Source of the DNA: Schmidtea polychroa
Taxonomy: Eukaryota
NCBI GenBank assembly: GCA_044892525.1
Contig: CM097887.1
Coordinates: forward strand, 87,150,397 to 87,214,396
Reading direction: 5' to 3'
DNA length: 64,000 nucleotides
Position numbers and translations under genes: made by a program. The notes beneath the pieces are model-generated. The model worked only from the letters and a program-made list of their open reading frames with translations. It was not told the origin of the DNA and searched no databases. Below are positions 1-11,477 of this stretch, one piece after another (positions within the stretch are counted from its first letter, which is position 1; the number at the start of each line of letters is the position of its first letter).

Positions 1-627
1 TTTAAGCGGAGGGCCCGCAACTCAATCTGGTCTTGAGCATTCTGAAGTTGTAGTTGGGTGATTAACTTCATCTTCTTCTTCATCTCCGCTGGTGGGAACC
101 AGGTGCACTCGAAGTTCCGACAGTGGGCCTTGACTCGTGTCCACTTAGTCCGGTATTCGTCTACCTGTCGTTGTGCCTGTTCCCTATCGGCTCGCATCTC
201 TTCCAAGAGTTTCTGCACTAAACAAAGGTAAGATCAATGATTTTTACATCGACATCGAGGGTCGGGCATTATTATGGGCATTAAGGCTAAAAGAAAGTAA
301 TCCCCTCGTCGTAGTCCTTTGCTATGCGCACCCCAAGACCGAGACCTAGTTGTCTTACTCAACCTATAGGGTTGTTGTCGCTATAGAAATGTGTATTCAA
401 CAATGATGATAGTCCACGTCATGGACATTACAAACAATCCACACAATTAAATTGTCACCGACCATCAAGACACAAACAAACCTTAAATAATTATGATGAA
501 CTGTTAAGGCCTAACATATTTTATTCAATCCTGGATTAAAGAGGTTTAATCCAGTACATAATATCACCTAATACACCCGACACTAAGGTCAGCACAAAAT
601 GATTAGTTTTGATCCCGAGTTTTCCGC

Positions 628-1110
628 CTACTCTCCGAATCCCGCGCTCTCCTTGGTCGAGCGGGTGGACGTTCGCGCGCGTCCGCGTGTCCTTGGTCGT
701 CCTGGTCCTCGTTGAGGCCGTCTTGGGTATTTTAATCCACGCTGAAGAGCCGCGGTCCGTTTCGGGTGACATTGGGCTCGAGCGTAGCCGTCGCAGTCTT
801 CTACCTCGCCAGCCAGAGTCGCTTTCTCGAGCCGGTGTAATCGGTCTATCGCATCCGTCACTTCGTCAAAAGCGTCGATCAAGGCTAACGACGCGTGGTT
901 GAGGTACGGCTCCACCTTCGGAATTACGGGGATCACGTTCTGGTAAGTCCAATCATGGATCTTGTACCAGATCCATCTAGACCTTAGGCGAGCGATTTCC
1001 GATTCTTCCCTCAATCGGACGGCTTCATCTGCCTCTTCGCCGCTACCTCCGCGGTTCCAGTCAGTCGACGAGTGACCTTCTCGTATCTTCTTTGGTTCGG
1101 TACTGAGCAT
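628..1110 (-). CDS. LTR-encoded 160-aa ORF (3' LTR copy), unknown function, basic C-terminus
   Basis: ATG preceded by CTTTTATCATTACAG-CC; locally GC-richer; identical protein in both LTRs. Confidence 0.5.
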   Translation of the reverse strand: MLSTEPKKIREGHSSTDWNRGGSGEEADEAVRLREESEIARLRSRWIWYKIHDWTYQNVIPVIPKVEPYLNHASLALIDAFDEVTDAIDRLHRLEKATLAGEVEDCDGYARAQCHPKRTAALQRGLKYPRRPQRGPGRPRTRGRARTSTRSTKESAGFGE

Positions 1111-2629
1111 GGCTGTAATGATAAAAGAGGTATTAGGCGAATCTTTGTCCCTCTATCTGTGGTCGTTTACTCCAACATGTCTAAACCCCCCATTACGATT
1201 TACATCCAAGCATACTAGGCATTCAATCCCATAGACCAATGATTTTGTATGTGAAGTAGATTAAATTACTAATTAATTTCCATATTGATTTATTTATCCG
1301 ATTAGATCGCGGATTACTAAATTAAATTAAATTTGTACATTGACGGTTGGTAAGTAAATTAAATTTAAGACAAAGAAAAATTAAAATTTCGTAAATTAAA
1401 TTAAGACAAAAATTAGAATTTCGTAAATTAAATCAGAATCGCATATTTCAAAGATTTTGTTTAATTTGATTAAAAATTAAATTTGTTATTCTTAATGTCT
1501 AATATTCTTCAAATTTTGGTTTAACGATAATATGCAATTACTATGCTACTAAGACCTACTACGAGGAGGGACATTACTACATATCGAGAAATTTTACTCG
1601 GTCTCTAGTAATACCTAACCGTAAGGGTTGTGAGTAGCTCCACCATCATCCCAGTTGGATAAGTAAAAGGACAAAAAAAAATTGGTTAGTTTTCCATTTG
1701 TTTAATTTTAGGAATTCGATCCTTCCAGCTTTCAGTCTCAACGAGGGGTGTATTCGGATGAATTCTGCAACAGTCGTGGCCTAATAATAATCTAACGTAT
1801 GCCAATTCCCCCATTTGTGACGCATTTGTGCCCCAGATTATGGGTAACCCCATTCTCGTGTTTATGGATATACATGTGGGGGAATACAGGACAAAATGTT
1901 AATCTGAAGAGGATTTAGTGAGGCTTTCTGCTCATTCCTCTGTCTACATCGTTGTTAAGCATTTTGCGGTGACTGATAATCTTTCCTGTCTATAAGTATT
2001 ATAATTTTATTTAAAAAATAAAAATTTTGTTCTTATTAAATTTAATTGAATAACTCGCTTTAACGTTATGTAATAATTTTTATATGTTTTTGTCAATTGT
2101 TTTCTCTTACATTTACATAATCAACGATTGTAATCATAGGACCCATTACTACTCCTTACTTTTCGCCTATGATCATGAGGTATATGTGTCCTAGCTTGAA
2201 TGGTCGATGTGTGGGATCCATCTTGGGGAATAACAGGGTTAAATTCGCCAAGACATCGGGGTTTTAGTCAAGGATCAGGACTTCCGCTGTCGAGGCTGAT
2301 GGTGATTGGTTCGTTTGCGAACACGCATGCATCGTCCATTTGGTCGGTCAGGGTAATTTCAGTGAGGGCACCCCTTAGTATTCAGGGTTACTTCTATAAA
2401 TAGAACCAATTTTATTGGTTAGAGTTTTCATTAGGGAAAGAGCAATAATTGATGTCGGTTTTGAAGTTTTCTATTAATAGAAACATTTCAGAAAATCGAT
2501 ATATTGGTTGGAGTAAATATATATGGAACAAAGGGGGGTAGGATCATTGTAACTAAATTTAGACCTAGAGGAATCCCAAAGATCGCTAATTAAATAAAAA
2601 AAAATTTGTAATAATTAATTAATAACGCA

Positions 2630-3150
2630 ATGACAAGGGTAGTGATAATAATAGTGGCAATGATAAGAGTGGAAGTGTTAATGGTAATAGCGCTAAATCA
2701 GTAATATTAAGAACATTAATAATGATCATCCTAATAATAATAATAATGACAACAGTGATAGTAACTACAATAATAATCATAACAGTAATAATAATGATAA
2801 TTATTATAANNNNNNNNNNNNNNNNNNNNNNNNNNNNNNNNNNNNNNNNNNNNNNNNNNNNNNNNNNNNNNNNNNNNNNNNNNNNNNNNNNNNNNNNNNN
2901 NNNNNNNNNNNNNNNNNNNNNNNNNNNNNNNNNNNNNNNNNNNNNNNNNNNNTTAATAAGAATAANNNNNNNNNNNNNNNNNNNNNNNNNNNNNNNNNNN
3001 NNNNNNNNNNNNNNNNNNNNNNNNNNNNNNNNNNNNNNNNNNNNNNNNNNNNNNNNNNNNNNNNNNNNNNNNNNNNNNNNNNNNNNNNNNNNNNNNNNNN
3101 NNNNNNNNNNNNNNNNNATACTAATAACAATAAGGTAAATTATAATGATA
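2630..3150. repeat. AAT/ATA microsatellite inside 3' LTR, partly N-masked
   Basis: (AAT)n-like flanks around N runs. Confidence 0.85.
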
Positions 3151-5074
3151 ATAAGTGTGAGTTCATAGTATTATAAGATTACTACGGATGGGGGAATCGT
3201 TTACGGAAAGTTAAGGGTGTTGTTAAGGTACAAACAAAAAACATCTTTAAAGATTTTATATAAGGTAGATTTCAATATATATAAAGGTAAGAATGAACGT
3301 TTTCTAAATGATTTTAGTTTATCATAATATATCATTATATTGAATAAAATTATGAATAATATCAACAGGATTCATTAACATACTGAACAATAGTTTGTGC
3401 AATTAGCCGACTACGAGAGCCTCTGTATTAATTTGAGTCTGGGATATTTCCCGTTTAGATGATCCTAGTGGTCTGTTTCCTATATCAGAATTAAGTGTTG
3501 ATTTTTGGTATGTTGTTTACAGAAAAGTCGAGTTAATTAAAATTTTCCTACTTTCCCGACCCAACTGGATACGGTACGATAGGCCTTATTGTAGTATGTT
3601 TCCCGCGATTACTTTCCCGAAGTTTATTTCGTCCGCATAGTCCCTATGACTATGCCAACTACCGGTATGGGTTTACCGCCCTACTCCTGGTTAGAACCAT
3701 TAGTTCGTGGCGACCTCCGGTTAATAAAAGGGGTTTATATTTTATGCATGTGGGGTCGTAGACCCAAAAATGGTGCATGTAGTCTTTAAATTGGAAACAA
3801 GGCTGATCAACATAGTGACTATAACCCGTTCACAATGCTGGTCACTCTTATTTCGTGATAGTAAGATTAAACAAAACAAAAAAAAAAAAAAAAGTTGATC
3901 AATATAATGAAATGAAATCACAAATAATAAAATAACAATTATAAATTAAATAACAATCATGATAAAATTAATCAATCGTCCTTACAATTAGTGGGTTCCG
4001 AATTTTTCAAGAAAAATTTTGGCATAAAAAGATTAAATTGTGACTAAAATGCGTCGGTATATATACCTATTTTGTACACGTGTATGTATTGATGCATTAA
4101 AACAAACTCGAATTCTTTTTATTCCAGAAGTTTCTATTTTGTAATTTTGATATTTTTAATGGCGATTTTTGCGTCATAATTTTTATTTTTATTTTTAAAA
4201 TTTTATTTCCTAAATATTTTTTGCTAATTTTTCCTCCATGATGGATTTGGAACGGTTCCAGAACATTCCATATTACTTTTAATTCAATTTTTATTTTTAA
4301 CTGATATTTTACGAATTTCTTTTTAAGAAATTTTATTTTTAATACTAATTTATTTATTTTTCTAAATTTTATTGTTTAAGGTAGCTTTTATGATGGTCAT
4401 CGCCATTTTTATAGAATGTTCTGGGTTTTTCTGGAATGTTTTTGCTACTTTTACCATCTTTTAAGTTATTCGAGTTTGTTTTTTGTAACTCTGTGTTTAT
4501 TTGGCTATTTTGAGTTAGATTTTGCATAACTTCTTGCTTTTGTATAATTTTATTTAATTTCTGTGTTTTAGGTTTTTGTTGTTTTTTCCTTTAATTACTA
4601 TTGGTTATTTGGTGTAGTTTTCAATATTTAACTATACTTTTTGCTTTTTGCATGCTGTGTACCTACACATTTCGGTCACAATTAGAAGTTTGGGTCTAGA
4701 AATCAGTTCTAGCCCAACATAAAACACTCGGGGGCCCATAAAATTGCGACCCGCAATTTAAATCACAAGATGAAGAAAATTATTTTTCAGAATACTTGCA
4801 CTATATTACAAGTGCCTACATGCAAATTGGGTCTACGAGCTACAGGGTCGTGACCTCAATACCCACATACATAAAAAGGCTACTATTATACTACATTCTA
4901 CGGATGGGTTGAAAGATGAAGAAAAAGAACGACCGAGGTCGGTCCACATAAAAATAAAATTATCATGCTCAAGAATCAATGTTATTAGTCATAATCAGTC
5001 TCAGTCTTTGAAATCACGATTGTTTGTTAATGTTTTATAATGTCATGAAATGTTTATACTGTCGTGATGTCACA

Positions 5075-6061
5075 TTAATAGAATTCGGTTGTTCGGGATC
5101 TCGTCTCGATGACGGCTCTGGTTTCAATGTTTGGGGAAGATTTGAAGTAGCTTGGTTGGTTCGTTGTTTGGACTAGCTGTTCTTCCATTGGGATACGAAT
5201 ACTTCTTGATTGTTCTTTTAGTTTGAGGGTTTTGTTTCTTCCTTTACTGGAATTGGGTTTGAGTGCAATCAGGCTCAGTACGGTGATGTTTATCATTAGG
5301 CTCGCCGCTAATAGGATCAATATTTTGAGGGATTCAGACTCTCTCGGTTCTATTACTTTGGGTTTGTTCATAATTTCTTTTAATTGGGTTGTATCCGCCG
5401 TTTCTGATTTTTCGGGCTTATTGAATTTGTTTTCTTCTGAGGTGACAACTTTCTTTATTGCTTCTAGGGTTTTAATCATCTTCTCGGAGTTCGTTGGGTT
5501 TTTGTTTATGGTAGTTAGGATTTCCCTTGTCATTTCTTTCAAGGTTTTCGTTACCTCGTTTTTAATGCTGGGTTCCTCTTTGATGATGGAAGTTATTTTT
5601 CCTTTCATTTCCTCCAAAGATTTTACTACTATTTCGCAATTGCTTGAACGTCCATAGGCGGTTGCTGTTACCTGTTGTTTTATTTCCTCTAATATTATTA
5701 CCACCATTCTCATTGCGGCTGGATCTGTTTGGGATTCTCTCTTTGATTTCTGACTTTGACATTGTTTGGCTAATGTTGCTATCTGGGTTCTGATAACTTT
5801 CATTTCTTGTTCTAACATTGTTTTTATTGTCTGAGTCATTTGCACTTCCGTTGATCCTTCAGTTGTTGGTGGACATTGCGAACATTGCAACTTGATTTGT
5901 TCGCATTCCTCATTGGGTTTTTCGCAGATTGATTTAAAGCTACTACATGTGCTATCTTCTCTACGGTATGGGTATTCTTTTTGGCATCTGATCATTGATT
6001 CTTCTGCTTGCAGGGTTCTTGGCAATGCCATTATAATCATCACCACAATTAGGCTTCTCAT
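5075..6061 (-). CDS. Type I membrane protein with one TACI/BCMA-like Cys-rich domain (TNFR-like)
   Basis: Signal peptide, CQKEYPYRREDSTCSSFKSIC...C, helical stalk, TM LKILILLAASLMINITVLSLIAL, tail containing PMEE. Confidence 0.6.
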   Translation of the reverse strand: MRSLIVVMIIMALPRTLQAEESMIRCQKEYPYRREDSTCSSFKSICEKPNEECEQIKLQCSQCPPTTEGSTEVQMTQTIKTMLEQEMKVIRTQIATLAKQCQSQKSKRESQTDPAAMRMVVIILEEIKQQVTATAYGRSSNCEIVVKSLEEMKGKITSIIKEEPSIKNEVTKTLKEMTREILTTINKNPTNSEKMIKTLEAIKKVVTSEENKFNKPEKSETADTTQLKEIMNKPKVIEPRESESLKILILLAASLMINITVLSLIALKPNSSKGRNKTLKLKEQSRSIRIPMEEQLVQTTNQPSYFKSSPNIETRAVIETRSRTTEFY

Positions 6062-6145
6062 CTTTACATATATATATATATATATACTTTAATAATAATT
6101 ACTTGGCTTTATTTACAATTTATTTACACGGTTAGTTTGTCTCAT

Positions 6146-6913
6146 TTATTGGGAGTCACCGACCTCATCCCTTAATTTTACGGGAGGTTCAGGTGCTCGT
6201 CTTTTGCTCAACTCGTTCATTCTTATTACTTCGAGTTGGGTTGCTATCAACTGTCTCTTTAGTTCTGGTATTTCTTGTAATTGCTTCTCCTTACTTTTCC
6301 ATTTTCTCTGTTTGATGGTCATTGTCGTCTGCAGTGTTTGCATGCTTCGTCGTTTTTGATTTAAAATTCTCCGGTAATTTTCTTTCAACTTCCAATGTTT
6401 TTCTGTTTCCTCTCTTTGTTCCTTGATCTCTTCCTTGAGTTTTACATTTCTCTTCTCGACTTTTTTACTTTCTCGCACTATTGTTTTTGCATAAGCATAT
6501 TGTGCTTCCAACTGTTCGATATAGACTTGGTCGATATTCACAATCTTTTTCAACTTCCTTGTTTCTGATTTCCAATAATCTTCGATTACTGCCTGAGCTC
6601 TCAACTCTACTATCTCTTGTCTCAGGTTTTTATTTTCTGTCTCTTTTCGTTTCGATTCATTTATTTCCCTCAAAATTTCTTGCTTGACAGTGTTTATCAA
6701 TCGTCTTGATTGAACCATTTGCTGTCTCAATCTCGTAATCTCTACATTTTGATTTGCAATTTTTGTTTTGAACAGATTCTTGCTGACTCTCCATTTATTA
6801 CTATAATATTTCATTGGTTCTTGTTTCATTGGTATCATATCTTGGCTTTGTTCCGGTTGGTCGTTTGACTTTCTTTCGTTACTCGTTGATTCTCTTTCTT
6901 TTAAATAATTCAT
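6146..6913 (-). CDS. Coiled-coil accessory protein (~255 aa)
   Basis: K/E/Q-rich heptads with W-K motifs; likely ATG at 6913, preceded by TTTTTGTAG-AT. Confidence 0.7.
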   Translation of the reverse strand: MNYLKERESTSNERKSNDQPEQSQDMIPMKQEPMKYYSNKWRVSKNLFKTKIANQNVEITRLRQQMVQSRRLINTVKQEILREINESKRKETENKNLRQEIVELRAQAVIEDYWKSETRKLKKIVNIDQVYIEQLEAQYAYAKTIVRESKKVEKRNVKLKEEIKEQREETEKHWKLKENYRRILNQKRRSMQTLQTTMTIKQRKWKSKEKQLQEIPELKRQLIATQLEVIRMNELSKRRAPEPPVKLRDEVGDSQ

Positions 6914-7052
6914 ATCTACAAAAATATACACATCATATTTCCTTTCGTCTTCTTTTTATTTTGAATTTTTGGTTTTTGTAATTTTTTATTTGGTTTTGGT
7001 TTTGGTTTTTTTTTTTTTTTTTTTTTTATTTACAGGCAACATCTCTCCTCGA

Positions 7053-8651
7053 CTAAATCCATGTTGCGTTATTTGGTTCGTTATTTTCTTCGAAGCCTTC
7101 ATCATTTGTGACTTCGGCAGGCTGTGGCACTTGCAACGGGAACGGGTAGAGCGGCATTAATAATATTGGTGGTTGTCTCCTTAACCGATCTACTTCCTCC
7201 CGCAATTCCGTTGAGATGTTTATTTCTTCATCCAACAAAAACGTTAATCTACTTTCGTTTTCTATCATTTCGTCTAATTCCTCTTTCAATCGTTGGGTCC
7301 TTTCCAGCGCTTTTAGCTTCTCGATTTCTGCTCTCAGATTCGCTTCGTTTTCTTCGAAGCATCGTTTTATTATTTCTGTTTCCTGTTTGGCCTGTTGAAT
7401 TGCCTTATCGCACTCCTCTCTACATTTCGCATTAAGCTCAATCTGATGCTTCCAATTCACATCCCTTTGGGTGTACATACCTTTATATCCGTTCATCTCT
7501 TGATTGGCTTCCTCCACTTCTGTTTGTAATTGTCGGATCTGTCGATCTTGCTCTGTCAATTGTTGTTCCCATCTCTTTTCCTGGTATTCATACCTTCTTA
7601 TCTCTCGAGTCTGTTTCTTTATGACTCTCCGTCTACCGTCGCTGGTCCGCGTCTTGATTCTATGTTCTCTACTCAATCGGCTGATCTCATCCTTTTGGTT
7701 TTCTATCGTTTCCCACATTTTAAATTCGTCTCTTTCTATCAGTTTCATTGGTAACTGTCTTAACTCCTCTTTGGTCTCTTTCCAATTCTTTTTCCATTTT
7801 CGGGCTTGATGCTTGAGACATGTTTCGGTTTCCTCAAATTTCTGCTGTCGTTTTCTCCACTCTACTTCTTCTTCTTCTCGCTGTGTAGCCCTGGTTTCGT
7901 AAAATTCTTGGTCTGCTTTTCGTAATCGCAGTTGTTCCTTGCTACTGATTTTCCAATAGAGCACTTGAGTTTGACTTCCTAGGTATTTATACTTCCATTT
8001 CTGAGCTTGTATTTTTATTTGTGTATTAATTCGTTCTAATACGTTATCTTTAACAATTGGTTCTCTATGCGGTGTTCTCCTCCCTTGCCCTCTGACTTCG
8101 TTTAGGGTCTTTTTGCATCTTTCCCATCTTTCTTTCATCATTGCGCATTTGCCCTTTACTTCTTCTAGTTCGGCCTTGTAATTTTGTATTTGATGTTCGT
8201 GACTATCATTCTGCCTCGTTTGGAGGGTTTCGTATTTTCGTTTCCATTGTTGCGCTTGTAGTTTTATTCGTTCCGTTTTACGCTGTTCCTCCTCGTATTG
8301 CTCCTTTGCTTCTCTAATTTGTGTCTTCTGCATTATTATCTCTCCGCATAACCTAACTATCTCCATAATTCGCTGAGTTCGTAAATTCGAGAGCTCTTCC
8401 TCCAATTCTTGGTATGTTGAGGTATTTCTCACATCCTCGGTTAATTCCTCTACCTGTTTCATCCACTTCTCTTTTGTTGCTAGTGCTTCCGCCTTCTCCA
8501 CTTCTAATTCTTGTTGCTTTTTCTCATACATGGTTTTGTACATATCTATTTCTCTCTTTACTCTTTCTGCTTCGTAGGCTTGTATGATGGATTTGTACTG
8601 TTCGAGTTGTTGCATCTCGGTTTCCACATAGGTTTGTGATTCTTTATTCAT
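7053..8651 (-). CDS. Coiled-coil accessory protein (532 aa)
   Basis: Long intact ORF; repeated QAxxWKxKY motif; Pro-rich C-terminus. Confidence 0.8.
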   Translation of the reverse strand: MNKESQTYVETEMQQLEQYKSIIQAYEAERVKREIDMYKTMYEKKQQELEVEKAEALATKEKWMKQVEELTEDVRNTSTYQELEEELSNLRTQRIMEIVRLCGEIIMQKTQIREAKEQYEEEQRKTERIKLQAQQWKRKYETLQTRQNDSHEHQIQNYKAELEEVKGKCAMMKERWERCKKTLNEVRGQGRRTPHREPIVKDNVLERINTQIKIQAQKWKYKYLGSQTQVLYWKISSKEQLRLRKADQEFYETRATQREEEEVEWRKRQQKFEETETCLKHQARKWKKNWKETKEELRQLPMKLIERDEFKMWETIENQKDEISRLSREHRIKTRTSDGRRRVIKKQTREIRRYEYQEKRWEQQLTEQDRQIRQLQTEVEEANQEMNGYKGMYTQRDVNWKHQIELNAKCREECDKAIQQAKQETEIIKRCFEENEANLRAEIEKLKALERTQRLKEELDEMIENESRLTFLLDEEINISTELREEVDRLRRQPPILLMPLYPFPLQVPQPAEVTNDEGFEENNEPNNATWI

Positions 8652-8733
8652 TGTCTAAATAATTACACTATTACTACCACTATTATTTCATACATTTATT
8701 ATCTACACTTTATACACGGAATTTTAGTTTTTG

Positions 8734-9912
8734 TTATTGATCGGCGTAGCGAAATCCTTTGATTCCCTGCGCAATCCTCTGTCTGCACATCGGACATTCC
8801 TTTACTTTTCTACTACACGTGGCGCATGCGATCAAATGTCCGCATGGCATATGAATAACTTCTACACTCCTCTCCCAACACATAGTACATTTGATATCTC
8901 GTAAGATAGCTGTTTTGACCATTGATTCTTCTTTTATTTTTGTTTCTGGTTTTTCCCTATACTGAGTTATCGCTCTGATCATATCGTACGTTGTTGTTGA
9001 TATATGTACGTTTTTCTGTAGTCTCTCTCTAATCATTTTCTTTACCCTTGTCGTGCCTATTCCGGCTGCTTTCAACGCTCTGCGCATATTGGGCTTGTCT
9101 ACAACTTCGTCAACCTCTTCTTCTGTTACCAGTACTTCTGGATATTCGGTTTCTTGTTCGCTGCGATATAGGCACCATACTTGATGTCTAATTTCTGGTA
9201 TGCCTTCTTCCGGTAATCTCTGTTGGCTTTCGCACCTTTCACACTTGAGTATTTGCTTTTCTGTCAGGTAGAATCCTCTTATTGCTAGTTCAGGTCCTCT
9301 CGTATCATCTCCGAACGTTTTCATTCTATTATCTGCTATTTGCGTGAGGAATTCCCCTTCACAAGTTGGAACATACTCATCAACGATTTTGGTTATCGCG
9401 ATGCTCATTTTCCCTCCTTTTTCGTCTTCAGTTTTCAATTTCTCCAAGGCTTCGTATTTGATTTCCGGTTTGTTGTGTACATCAAATCCCAGTACGAATA
9501 GACAAGTTGGAAATCGTTTACGATGTTCCTCCTTTGGGTGTTCTCCTTTTTTCCATTCTACTAATTTCCCTTTACAGAAACGACACGTTACTTGATCGGG
9601 TATCTCTGGTTTTCCGGAGAAGAAAAATCCGTCGCGTGCTAGCGCTCGGCTCTGTTCCTTGGTGAAAATGGTCTGATGTTCAAATGACAGATATCTCTGG
9701 TTCTCACATCTGAATTGCTCATTATCTCCCAGTTTCAAATTTTCATGTACCAAATTATAATCATTTCCCATTCTTCGATAATACGCGTAACTACTTGGTT
9801 TTGTTTTGCTGACTTCCGCATCCTTCACTCTTTCTCTAGGTGACGTATTGTCCTCTTCCTCTCTCATTGTGATCGTTTTCTTTCGGATATTCGGTCTCTC
9901 TTGATTAATCAT
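8734..9912 (-). CDS. Inhibitor of apoptosis (IAP)-like protein: BIR, degenerate BIR, UBA-like, RING
   Basis: BIR motif GFFF..DQVTCRFC..W...H...FPTC; second CxxC..H..C; C-terminal RING CTMC..PCGH..CATC..CPMC. Confidence 0.9.
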   Translation of the reverse strand: MINQERPNIRKKTITMREEEDNTSPRERVKDAEVSKTKPSSYAYYRRMGNDYNLVHENLKLGDNEQFRCENQRYLSFEHQTIFTKEQSRALARDGFFFSGKPEIPDQVTCRFCKGKLVEWKKGEHPKEEHRKRFPTCLFVLGFDVHNKPEIKYEALEKLKTEDEKGGKMSIAITKIVDEYVPTCEGEFLTQIADNRMKTFGDDTRGPELAIRGFYLTEKQILKCERCESQQRLPEEGIPEIRHQVWCLYRSEQETEYPEVLVTEEEVDEVVDKPNMRRALKAAGIGTTRVKKMIRERLQKNVHISTTTYDMIRAITQYREKPETKIKEESMVKTAILRDIKCTMCWERSVEVIHMPCGHLIACATCSRKVKECPMCRQRIAQGIKGFRYADQ

Positions 9913-10052
9913 CTATAATAAATTTCATCATTTCTTTTTGCATTTTCTTTTTCTAATTTTTATGGTTTTGGTAAGTTACTTTACTGTATACAATAACTTT
10001 ATATTTACTTTACATCGTTTTTACAAAATATTTACAGTTCCCTTCTATCCGT

Positions 10053-11477
10053 CTATCGTATTTCTATTGTTGGTCCTTCCTCGTCTAGTTCGATTAGGAA
10101 GAATATAGTGTCCTTTTCTATGTAGGACCCGTCATTAAACTGGTATAGCTGCATAAACTCTGCTACTCCTACCGCAGGATTAACCTCTGTAATCGGTTTA
10201 TTCCATGCTGGACTTGATGCTCGACAGCACATTATATGTGTCTTTTTTGATCCCAAGAGAGATATTTTTAATCTATGTCGGAATGGCCATGCTATTAGGT
10301 CGTCAAAATCTCCTTTACAGATTTGCATATATATGGCCATGCACCGATCTTTAAACTTTCCCTCACCATTTGGAAACCATCTCAATTTCATCTTTTATCC
10401 ATGTTTCTTGGCGTAGAATGGTTTGCTCACTATCGTTGTCTGGATTCCTTGCTTTGCTCGCTCCATTATTTCTGTTATTCCTTGGATTTTCCACATATAT
10501 GGCAATATTGGTAGTTCCTCTGTTGTCAGTTCCTTTGCAGTCCATTTGGTTTGTAGTTTAGTTACTTCGACTAATTTGTCGTCTAATTTCAACATCCTTT
10601 GTCTTACGGCTTCTCTCGTATTTTTGAAGCTTTCCTGTGAGCTCAGCATTTCTTTTATCATGATTTTATGTGATTTGAGTTCGTCTTTAACATCTTCGAT
10701 TGCCCTTGCTGTTAACTCTATTGCTCTCATCATCTTTTGCATGTGCTCGAATGTATTCTCCTCCACATGCTTCTTCATTTCTTCTGCTGGTAATTGTACT
10801 CTACAATCGAATGTTACCATTGGGCATTTTATCGTCTTTCTCGTGCATATCTCCCAATGTTCATTTAATCTGACGTTGTTAATTTCTCCACACTCGTTTG
10901 GGCATCTCCCTGTATATTCGTCGCAAATCCGTCTTTCTACTGCGTTTCGATGTTCCATTTCGATTTCTCTCCAATTAGCAGTTTCTCCGCAAAATTCGCA
11001 TTTTTCCGTTCGCGCTTCGCATTCCCCTTTATGTTTGGTTTTCTCTTTTCGTAAAAACTTTACCGTACATGCTTCGCATTCCAATTCTAGATATTCGCAT
11101 ACGTCTGTATGGGCTCTTAACTCCTTTACTCGACCTGTCCATTCGCATGACCTTTGGGTGCATCTTATTTTCACTTCTCTGATTTCTCGGTTCATTGCTC
11201 TATCCGGTATCGTGCCAGTGGGAACCAACTTAAATGCTTCTCCACATCCTGGACAAGTTTCTCGCTTTAGCTTGGCTAATCTTATAGCACACCCTCGGCA
11301 TAATCTACACCCGCATCGAGTTTGACTTGCTCCAATCAGTAGTCTTCTACATGCTGCATCGGCACATAATAGTCTCTCTTCGAACTCGTCCGGCTTGGCT
11401 TGATATTTTCTCATCAATTCATAGTTAATCTTTTGTTCCTCTGTTTCTCTCCGGTTCTCTTCCGCTTTGTTTTGCAT
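10053..11477 (-). pseudogene. TRAF-like adaptor/E3 (RING, TRAF Zn fingers, coiled coil, MATH) with one in-frame TAA at 10395-10397
   Basis: Reads PFYAKKHG*KMKLRWFPNG, where TRAFs have PFY...GYKM.LR..PNG; both halves are in the same frame; the MATH has the DDLIAWPF motif. Confidence 0.9.

Larger units (their letters stand above)
1..4719 (-). repeat. 3' LTR (truncated by window start)
   Basis: Near-identical to 30784-35682; ends ...CTAGCCCAACA on +, then diverges from the other copy apart from a shared TA. Confidence 0.93.

Noticed and set aside
2722-3138. Ile-rich ORFs spanning N runs (also 33402-33849 and 63730-63966)
   Set aside because: Translations of microsatellite or masked sequence.
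4912-4936. Purine-rich tract as the PPT
   Set aside because: Wrong strand and ~200 nt from the LTR.
10423-11325. 300-aa plus-strand ORF
   Set aside because: Antisense shadow of the TRAF gene; no motifs.
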